Assembly: GCF_039654945.1 (NCBI RefSeq)
Contig: NW_027361770.1
Span: 36,022,001 to 36,086,000 of the forward strand
Source: Dendrobates tinctorius
Lineage: Eukaryota
Direction: 5' to 3'
DNA: 64,000 nt
The notes below the pieces were generated by a model. That model searched no databases and had not been told where the DNA came from. It saw only the letters and a program-made list of their open reading frames with translations. The position numbers and the translations under genes are program-made. The stretch's first letter is position 1, and each line of letters opens with the position of its first letter. Shown here piece after piece: positions 25,541 through 34,003 of this stretch.

Positions 25541-25560
25541 TGGTGGCAGCGCGGTGGGAT
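25541..25560 (+). promoter_or_regulatory. Primer-binding site, tRNA-Leu-like
   Basis: TGGTGGCAGCGCGGTGGGAT, 3 nt after the LTR. It equals the complement of the vertebrate tRNA-Leu 3' end (TGGTGGCAGCGGTGGGAT) with a 2-nt insertion. Confidence 0.85.
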
Positions 25561-25756
25561 AATCCTAGAGCATTAGTGATTTGGTTTGAGCAATCATTCC
25601 TCTCACTAAAGACCTGCACGGTTCCTGCGGGAATCCTGCATCATAGGTTTTGGAGAACAGACTCAGTGGTTACTAGTCCTGAGACATTAGTGTGTACTTG
25701 CAAGTATCCCCCTCCCGTTTCTTCGTTTTTCTTTTTCTCTCTTTTATTTGGCAACC

Positions 25757-28700
25757 ATGGCGGCGATGACAGTGGAGTGGTATCAGAAGCAGAAAAAGGA
25801 CACCCTTGCTGGGTTATGCACGTACCGAGGCATAGACGCCGCAGGCGGAACCAAAGATCGAATGATCGCGGCTCTAGTGCAGCTGGACAACGACCAGAAT
25901 CCAGCGAGCGCAGAAGTTGGCCCAAGTTGCCATGGGGCTGCAGCAGAGGCTCCACTCCTGAGCGCTGGCCCCACATTCAACCAGAACGGGGTGGACCCCT
26001 ATCTGCAAATGGCCTTGGACGAACTCCCCGCCGAAGACAGGGATGGGCGGGTGAGGCTGATCCAGCAATATCGGCAGGAGGCCCAAGCCGAACGTGAGCG
26101 CCATGCAGAAGCTCAGAGGGCCCATGAGCTGGAGATGCTCCAGCGGGGGTGGAATGCCCCCACAGCCCGAAGCCGTGAGCCCAGCAGCGTCCAGACTCCT
26201 AAACCCCGGCCAGAGCATTTTCCCGTGATGGAAAAGGATGGGGACTTGGACACGTTCCTGCGAGCCTTTGAGAAAGCCTGCAGACAGTACCAGCTGCCTA
26301 GAGACCAATGGGCAAGGTACTTGACCCCAGGGCTAAAAGGCAAAGCCCTGGAGGCATTTGCTTCTCTTCCGCCAGAAGCCGATGACGACTATGACGCCAT
26401 AAAGCAGGCGCTGATCGCCAAATACCGGCTGACACCTGAGGTATACCGAAAGAAGTTCCGACACCTCCAACGTGGCCCACACGATAGCTACAGTGATGTG
26501 GTGCAAGGACTCAGGACCCACTTTGACCAGTGGATCCATGGACTGTCCGTTGAAACCTTTGAGCAGCTACGGGACCTGATGATCAAAGACCAGTTCCTGC
26601 ATCTCTGCCCAGCTGAGGTCCGACAGTTCATCCTGGACCGCGAACCAACGAACGCGGACAAAGCGGCGCAGATCGCCGACAACCACGAGGCCAACCGGAA
26701 GCCCGAGACGCGGAGGCCAGTCACCACCAGCTGGAAAGGGGGTAAGCCAGCAACCAACCCCAATGCCCCAGCTGGCTGTCCCTCCGGAGGCCCTGTCCCT
26801 GTTGCCAACAACAGGCCGGCTACTGACAGTCGCCTGTGTCACCACTGCCAGCGGCCTGGTCACTTCTCTTACACCTGTCCGAATAGGCCGAAGAACCCCC
26901 CAGCCAAGGCCCCCGGGCCCAACGCCTCTGTTCTTTTGGTGGGAGGTGTGGTTGGGAGGGCTGACGACAACGTTCAACCTGTTCAGGTGGGGGCCCGTCT
27001 TGCTACAGGCCTCAAGGACACCGGGGCTGAACGAACCCTCATCCGTCCTGGACTGGCGGCCCCTGAAGAGTTTGTTGAGGGGAAAACCCTGACTGTCACC
27101 GGGATTGGAGGCACCCGTTGTCCCTTGCCAGTGGCACGAGTTTTTCTTGACTGGGGTGCCGGGAGCGGGTTGAGGGAGGTGGGAGTGTCTGAAAATTTGC
27201 CCACTGATGTTTTATTGGGGACGGACTTGGGGAGGATGGTTGCATACTATGTCCCTGACACCCTTCCCCAAACTGATAATAAGGGTAACGTTAACCCTGA
27301 TGATGTTGATGATGGGAAACTGAATGTGTTACCTGCTAATGCCTTGATGAGTAATGATGCAACTAACAACCATTCTTTCCCCAGGTACGATGCTGATGCT
27401 GATGTGAATGTACCAAAGCAAACTGATAACCATTCTTTTCCTAGGAATGTTGATGTATCTGTGCCGACTGAACCCGTTAACCCTTTCTTTGAAGCGGTAG
27501 ATGTGTCCACAGGTACCGAAGTGCTCAGCCCCGTCACTCTGCGGAGTGAGACGGCTGAGGAACCCCTGGCAGGAGTAAGCAACGGTGCTCAAGGAAATGG
27601 GGAGGTGCATGGGGACCATGAGGAAGGTAATGCCATGCAGCTGACCAGTGCCACCGAGGAAGGTAACTGGCCCATAAGTAGCACTGCTCCTGAAGTGTTG
27701 GGGGTGGATGGGGAGGTAGAGCCCAGGGCAGCACCAGCTGGTGGGTCTGTAGAAATCCCCAGGGAGACAGCATACATAGCAGCTGTCACACGCAGTCAGA
27801 GTGCCCAGATCGCAGGTAACGCACTGTCTTCTGGACCCTCTGCTGCTACAGGAGAGACTGAACCAGAGGTGAACCCAGAGCCGGTTCCAGAGGGTCCCAG
27901 TAAAGAGGGGACCCTGACGTCCCTTCTGGCAGCCTCCAGCATGGAGTTCCAGGCTGCTCTGCACTCAGATGCCAGCCTGGAGAAATTGAGAGGTCTCGCC
28001 GAGACGCCCACCTCCAAGTCTGATAAGGAGAGGGTGTTCTGGGAACGAGGAAGGTTGTACCGGGAGACAGTACCCGGAGATCCTAAAAAGGAGTGGTTGA
28101 GGGAAAGACAGCTGGTCGTCCCCTATCAGTTCAGAACTGAGTTGTTGCGGATTGCCCATGAGATTCCACTCGCTGGACACTTGGGGATCAGCAAAACAAA
28201 GGCACGGCTGTCTCAACACTTCTATTGGCCCAAGATGGGGACAGATGTAACACACTACTGCCGCTCCTGTGCCACCTGTCAAAAAGTGGGTAAGGCGGGG
28301 CCTGCTCTTAAGGCTCCCCTTATTCCTTTGCCGGTGATAGAGGAGCCTTTCCAGAGAATCGCGGTGGACATTGTAGGACCGCTGTCCGTCCCCAGCAGCT
28401 CCGGAAAGCGATACATTCTCACCGTGGTAGACTACGCTACCCGGTACCCAGAGGCAGTAGCTCTGTCTTCAACCAGGGCAGATAAGGTGGCTGACGCACT
28501 GGTGACCATCTTTTCGAGAGTAGGATTTCCCAGGGAGATGCTTACCGATCAAGGGCCCCAATTCATGTCTCGCCTAATGGAGGCTCTCTGTGAGAAAATG
28601 CAGGTGACGCAGCTGGTATCGAGTCCGTATCACCCACAGACTAACGGTTTGTGTGAACGTTTCAACGGTACCCTCAAACAGATGCTCCGCATACTGGTTG

Positions 28701-30733
28701 AGACCCAAGGGCGCGACTGGGAGCGGTACCTCCCACACCTGCTGTTCGCTTACAGAGAAGTTCCGCAGGCCTCGACCGGGTTCTCCCCCTTCGAGCTCCT
28801 GTATGGCAGGCGAGTCCGGGGACCCCTTGGGTTGATAAGAGAATCCTGGGAAGATGAGCCAAACCCCACAGAAGTGTCCATCGTGGATTATGTCATGCGC
28901 TTCCGTGACAAGATGCAGACCTTGACACAGTTGGTGCATGACAACATGACGCAGGCTCAGGCTGACCAGAAGCACTGGTACGACCAGAACGCCCGGGAGC
29001 GGACCTACCAGGTGGGTCAAAAGGTGTGGGCGCTGGTCCCTGTACCAACGGATAAGCTTCAGGCAGCCTGGGAAGGCCCGTACGTCGTCCACCAACAGCT
29101 CAACCCGGTCACCTACGTGGTCACGCTTGACCATGCTCGGGGTAGGCGCAAGGCCTTTCACGTCAACATGCTGAAGGCGCACTACGAACGTGAAGCTTGC
29201 GTCCTACCGGTCTGCAATCTGCCAGAGGATGGGGAGGAAGATTCCCTCCTGGACATGCTGGCCCAGGCCAAGGCCAATGGGTCCATTGAGGACATGGAGA
29301 TAAGTGGTTCGCTCACCGTGTCCCAGCGGTTGCAGTTGATGGCCACCCTGGAACTCTTCCGGCCCGTGTTCACCAACCGTCCTGGGAGGACGGAGTTAGC
29401 GGTTCATGAGGTGGACACCGGGAATCATGCCCCATTACGGCGAACACCTTATCGGATCTCTGAAACGGTGCAACAAGTCATGCGCCGAGAGGTCGATGAG
29501 ATGTTAAGGCTGGGAGTGATTCGACGGTCAAAAGGTGCGTGGGCTTCACCTGTAGTCCTCGTGCCTAAAAAGGATCGAACCACCCGGTTCTGCGTGGACT
29601 ACAGGGGGCTTAACGCCATCACAACCTCTGATGCCCACCCAATGCCGCGCATCGAGGATCTGCTCGATCGGTTGACAAACGCCAACTACATATCCATCAT
29701 GGATTTGAGTCGGGGATACTGGCAGATTCCCCTGAGCCCTGAGGCGCAGGAGAAATCCGCCTTTACCTTTGGACTGTACGAGTCCACGGTCATGCCCTTC
29801 GGCATGAAGAATGCCCCTGCCACTTTCCAGCGGATGGTCAACCACCTGCTTTGGGGACTGGAGGAGTACGCAGTGGCGTACTTAGACGATATTGCCGTCT
29901 TCAGTTCCACCTGGGAGGAACACCTTCAGCACCTCCAGGAGGTGCTCAAGCGTCTTCACCAGGCAGGCCTGACCATCAAGCCGGGGAAGTGCCAGATAGG
30001 CATGCGCGAGGTCCACTACCTGGGGCACCGGGTAGGCGGGGGTTCCATGAGTCCGGAGCCAGAAAAAGTGGACGCAATCGTGTCCTGGCCCACCCCCAGG
30101 ACCAAGAAACAGGTGAAGTCCTTCTTGGGCACTGCAGGGTACTATAGGCGGTTCGTACAGGACTATAGCGCCCTTGCCAAACCCTTGACTGACCTCACCA
30201 AGCAGAGGCTACCCCAAACAGTCAACTGGACAGATGACTGTGAGGCGGCTTTCCAAGCTTTGAAAGCAGCCCTGTGCAACTCTCCAGTGTTGAGAGCAGT
30301 CGACAGCAGTCGCCCGTTTCTGGTACAGACCGACGCCAGCGAGTTTGGCCTCGGTGCTGTGCTTAGCCAGGTCGACTCGGGGGACCAAGAGCACCCCGTG
30401 TTGTACCTGAGCCGGAAACTTTTGCCGAGGGAAGTGGCATACTCGACCATCGAGAAGGAGTGTCTGGCCATGGTGTGGGCACTGCAGCGTTTGCAGCCCT
30501 ACCTGTATGGGCGCGCCTTCACGGTGGTAACCGACCACAACCCTCTGAGCTGGTTGCACACAGTGTCCGGAACCAATGGAAGGTTGCTCCGCTGGAGCCT
30601 TGCCCTTCAACAGTACGACTTCACTGTAAAACACAGGAAGGGCAGCGAAAACGGCAATGCCGATGGGTTGTCCCGCCGGGGCGAACCCGCTGGGGTGCGC
30701 ATGGCCGAATACCGAGAGGTAATGCCTCCTTAG
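25757..30733 (+). CDS. Gag-Pol polyprotein, 1658 aa: SCAN-type capsid, CCHC knuckle, aspartic protease, integrase, RT, RNase H
   Basis: Kozak-context ACCATGG start. Motifs in order: YRKKFR...DQFL (SCAN-like), CHHCQRPGHFSYTC, LKDTGA, H..HLG...CRSCATC, DIVGP/TDQG/ERFN, WEGPY, VDYRGLN, YLDD, QTDAS...EKECLA...TDH...NADGLSR. Confidence 0.95.
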   Translation: MAAMTVEWYQKQKKDTLAGLCTYRGIDAAGGTKDRMIAALVQLDNDQNPASAEVGPSCHGAAAEAPLLSAGPTFNQNGVDPYLQMALDELPAEDRDGRVRLIQQYRQEAQAERERHAEAQRAHELEMLQRGWNAPTARSREPSSVQTPKPRPEHFPVMEKDGDLDTFLRAFEKACRQYQLPRDQWARYLTPGLKGKALEAFASLPPEADDDYDAIKQALIAKYRLTPEVYRKKFRHLQRGPHDSYSDVVQGLRTHFDQWIHGLSVETFEQLRDLMIKDQFLHLCPAEVRQFILDREPTNADKAAQIADNHEANRKPETRRPVTTSWKGGKPATNPNAPAGCPSGGPVPVANNRPATDSRLCHHCQRPGHFSYTCPNRPKNPPAKAPGPNASVLLVGGVVGRADDNVQPVQVGARLATGLKDTGAERTLIRPGLAAPEEFVEGKTLTVTGIGGTRCPLPVARVFLDWGAGSGLREVGVSENLPTDVLLGTDLGRMVAYYVPDTLPQTDNKGNVNPDDVDDGKLNVLPANALMSNDATNNHSFPRYDADADVNVPKQTDNHSFPRNVDVSVPTEPVNPFFEAVDVSTGTEVLSPVTLRSETAEEPLAGVSNGAQGNGEVHGDHEEGNAMQLTSATEEGNWPISSTAPEVLGVDGEVEPRAAPAGGSVEIPRETAYIAAVTRSQSAQIAGNALSSGPSAATGETEPEVNPEPVPEGPSKEGTLTSLLAASSMEFQAALHSDASLEKLRGLAETPTSKSDKERVFWERGRLYRETVPGDPKKEWLRERQLVVPYQFRTELLRIAHEIPLAGHLGISKTKARLSQHFYWPKMGTDVTHYCRSCATCQKVGKAGPALKAPLIPLPVIEEPFQRIAVDIVGPLSVPSSSGKRYILTVVDYATRYPEAVALSSTRADKVADALVTIFSRVGFPREMLTDQGPQFMSRLMEALCEKMQVTQLVSSPYHPQTNGLCERFNGTLKQMLRILVETQGRDWERYLPHLLFAYREVPQASTGFSPFELLYGRRVRGPLGLIRESWEDEPNPTEVSIVDYVMRFRDKMQTLTQLVHDNMTQAQADQKHWYDQNARERTYQVGQKVWALVPVPTDKLQAAWEGPYVVHQQLNPVTYVVTLDHARGRRKAFHVNMLKAHYEREACVLPVCNLPEDGEEDSLLDMLAQAKANGSIEDMEISGSLTVSQRLQLMATLELFRPVFTNRPGRTELAVHEVDTGNHAPLRRTPYRISETVQQVMRREVDEMLRLGVIRRSKGAWASPVVLVPKKDRTTRFCVDYRGLNAITTSDAHPMPRIEDLLDRLTNANYISIMDLSRGYWQIPLSPEAQEKSAFTFGLYESTVMPFGMKNAPATFQRMVNHLLWGLEEYAVAYLDDIAVFSSTWEEHLQHLQEVLKRLHQAGLTIKPGKCQIGMREVHYLGHRVGGGSMSPEPEKVDAIVSWPTPRTKKQVKSFLGTAGYYRRFVQDYSALAKPLTDLTKQRLPQTVNWTDDCEAAFQALKAALCNSPVLRAVDSSRPFLVQTDASEFGLGAVLSQVDSGDQEHPVLYLSRKLLPREVAYSTIEKECLAMVWALQRLQPYLYGRAFTVVTDHNPLSWLHTVSGTNGRLLRWSLALQQYDFTVKHRKGSENGNADGLSRRGEPAGVRMAEYREVMPP

Positions 30734-30742
30734 CACCCTCTT

Positions 30743-30753
30743 AAGGGGGGAGG
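30743..30753 (+). promoter_or_regulatory. Polypurine tract
   Basis: AAGGGGGGAGG immediately before the 3' LTR. Confidence 0.9.
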
Positions 30754-32335
30754 TGTGATGTACAATGTCTGTGAGGTATGGGGTTTTGTCTACAAAATAT
30801 GATGTTTTCTGTTGTAACTTTCCAGAAAAATCCAGCCCTCTATGCCAATGCAGGCTGTCAGCTCATGCAGCACCTTCCCCCCTCCTCTTTTCGCCCATGG
30901 CTCACTCACACACTGACCAGTGCCCCCCTGCCTGGGCTAGCTCTGAAACCTTAAACCAACTTCCTCTCGAAGAGCAGGGGGAAGGGATCCCTTTGTTCGG
31001 AAAAACACAGGCTGTATGCCGGTATATGGGAAGCATAAAAGTCATATTACGAAAACCATACCCAGTAGAGATATGAAAATCATATTTTTGTAACCTGAGC
31101 GGTCCCAGCTTCGATACCGTGTCTCTTTCGAAGTTCCACCCTGCCCAGAACATGAGATATGATTTGCGCCCAAATGGACGGTCATATCGCATAGATGTTT
31201 GATGTTTTCTTGATGGGCTCATTACGCTGGGAAACATGATACCACTGATGAGTCCATACCAGCTTCTCCCATAAAGTTATAGCTAATCTAAGTTTTGTAG
31301 CCAAAACATAACTTGGATAAGAGAGGTGGGATCAACCCAGAATGCACCTCTCCGTGATGTCACATAGGAAAGTCTATAAGGCATTTCCTGGGCAAACCAG
31401 GTCAGAACAGCTGCAGAGTCGGTGCTGACAAGAACTCCAGATGAATGGAGACGTGTGGCTCCTCCCCCCTTAAAGCCGCATGGTCTGCCTAAGGAACAAT
31501 ATGGAACTGTGAGTGTAATCTCTTTGTTTTCTCCACTTTTATTTTATACCTGTACTGTACATATTTTATGTCTCAATTTTATAGCAACTTTTATCTGTAA
31601 TCACTGTCCTCTTTCGGAAAATAAATGAAATTATTTAGATCTGTCTCCATGCTCTAAGAATCGAACTATACGCCTTTGATAGATAATCGCTACTAATTCA
31701 AGGGGTTTGCCACGGACCCTCTTAATTTAACACTGTGAATTAAGTAACCGTGACTGGTGGCAGCGCGTTGTGTACGGCTATTACGGCTTGCTGGCAGTCT
31801 AGAAGGGTCTTATATTGCTGAGTAAGGGGCTTCAGCCACAGCATTGATAATTCCCTTACTGCAGAAGCCTAATTGCCGGTTCACAACAGGCAGCCCGTCC
31901 GGCGACTAATTATCCTAGGTGCAGTTCCCTGACTGACCTGAGGGTAAGGGGGGCGCCGGAGAGCTGCGAGTTCCAAAGTGGAACTGAGAAAGTGGGATAT
32001 ACATAAATCCCCACAGTACTTGGAAGATTGATAGCAGTGGTGGGGCATCCAAATTAAACTCCCCCTGCGGCAAATTGTAGAGCGAGATTAGCTTGCTGGA
32101 TATTTTTGTCACATGGTGCCAGTGGTGGGATAACTAAGATAAGCCCCACTGCGCCTGTGATAGCCGTGTGCCGGCATTGTGTCACGTCCCTCCGTCCGCT
32201 GATACACCGGTGTCAGTGGTGGGATCGTGACATAGTGGTGACACAGGGTCCGCTGTCCGTCGAGTTTTGGTGGCAGCGGGACTCCCGTTAGTCGTCGCCC
32301 GTAAGTGGACGAACGGCCGTGGGCTGTTCGTCACA
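30754..32335 (+). repeat. 3' LTR (1582 bp)
   Basis: Copy of 23956-25537 followed by TSD GTCA. Confidence 0.95.
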
Positions 32336-33505
32336 GTCACATCGGGATATGACCGCTCTACTGCTGTATCACCGCTGCTGGTGATACACTGACAGGAGGT
32401 AATCGCTCCCACAGTGTATCACTGAGCTGCCGTGAGAGTTCACCGGAGTTCATCAGCTGATCAGCTCCGGTGCTATCACGGCACTGCTGCATGAGAACTT
32501 TCCCGCCCAGCAGTAGTGCCGTAAGGGAGATCACCGGAGCTGATCAGCTGATAATCTCTGGTGACGTCTCACGGCAGCTTAGTGATACACTGCGGGAGCG
32601 ATTACTTGCTGTAAAGTGTATCGCTGGCTGTCTTTGAGAGCAGTTAAATCACTGATATAACTGCTCTCAAAATGATCAGGATCGTCGTGGGACATTATGG
32701 AGTATATTCTCTGTGGAGAGGTGAGGAATTCTGTGGTTTATTTTATTTTTGTTGCAGGAGATGTTGGCGTCAGTGGATTAAGCGTTCGGTGAGTATGGTT
32801 TAATTAAGATTATTAAAGTAGTCTGTGTCATTATGTCAAATAAAGGACTTTATTTTGGGTGTCTGTGGGGAATTCCCTTGCTCGTACTTCTAAGCTGGAG
32901 CTCCCTCTGGTGGTTACTGGGAGTAGTGGAGCTGGGTAGTCTGATGGAAGTTTGCCACCTGACGATGATGATTGGGAATCTGGAATTACTGGCTGCGAAA
33001 ATCTAAGTGAGCAGGCTTCCGTTAGTTGTTGCCGGTGATTTCCTCCTTTTGCATTTTGAGCTCCTCAGTCTCCTGCCTGATCTGCATGGTTCAGTTAAGT
33101 GATTATTTTGCTAATCCTTTGCATCTAATCTGGTTGTGCCTTTTTTTTTGCTTTCTGCTTTGTTATGAGGGTTCAGCGTACTCCCTGCTGGGGGCAGCGC
33201 TGGGCCCCACTCCATATGTTACAGCTTGTGCCAGTTTGTTCAGTCCCCTGTTATATTAGTATCTTTTGCTTTGCTTCCAGTTCACACCAGAGTGCTGATC
33301 TAGCAGGGGTGAGGTCGTGTGGCCTCAGTTTTTTATATATCAGATGTGTTGGATTTTTCAGGGTTTTTGCTCAAAGAGGAGATCCCAAAAGGGAAAAAAA
33401 AAACCACCTGGTTCCCGCGCTGCTATACTTCAACCCTCAAATGGAGGAAATCCAGTCGATTCTAGGAGTAGGTTCCAATATCAATGCTTTATTCCATGGT
33501 GCAAA

Positions 33506-33549
33506 GACAACGCGTTTCGAGGTCCATTCCATGACCTCTTCCTCAGGTC
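33506..33549 (-). ncRNA. Type I minimal hammerhead ribozyme motif
   Basis: Minus strand: GAC-CTGAGGA-A-GAGGTC(loop)GACCTC-GAAA-CGCG-TT-GTC. Confidence 0.75.
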
Positions 33550-33959
33550 GGATGTACAAGGATGAAGACAAATGAAAGGTTGATGGTTTATATCATATCG
33601 GGGTTAATTACCCTGCTGCTCCCCATAAATCACAAATTGGACTAAATTAAAAAGAAAAAACAAAAATTTTTAATTTAAAAAAAAAAAAATTCTTACCAGA
33701 ATCAAACCTTTCTTTTTTTTTTCTATAAAAATGAAAAAAAAATTGTTTTTTTGTTTTTTCTTTTTAATTTAGTCCAATTTGTGATTTATGGGGAGTAAGT
33801 TATTGTGTCTTTTAATATTGGTTCGTTTTGTAATGAAATGTTTATGTATTTGCATTTGGTTACTCCACCCCACAGCTTGCTCTTTGTGAGCAGCAGGGTA
33901 ATTAACCCCGATATGATATAAACCGTCAACCTTTAATTTGTCTTCATCCTTGTACATCT

Positions 33960-34003
33960 GACCTGAGGAAGAGGTCATGGAATGGACCTCGAAACGCGTT
34001 GTC
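33960..34003 (+). ncRNA. Type I minimal hammerhead ribozyme motif
   Basis: GAC-CTGAGGA-A-GAGGTC ATGGAATG GACCTC-GAAA-CGCG-TT-GTC. Confidence 0.75.

Larger units (their letters stand above)
23956..32335 (+). mobile_element. Full-length, young Gmr1-clade Ty3/gypsy LTR retrotransposon
   Basis: Two TG...CA LTRs offset by 6798 bp, with no differences seen by eye and identical ORF-track translations. TSD GTCA (23952-23955, 32336-32339), PBS, polypurine tract and one uninterrupted polyprotein ORF. Confidence 0.97.

Noticed and set aside
25507-30744. Overlapping and antisense ORFs within gag-pol
   Set aside because: These are expected shadows of a GC-rich coding frame.
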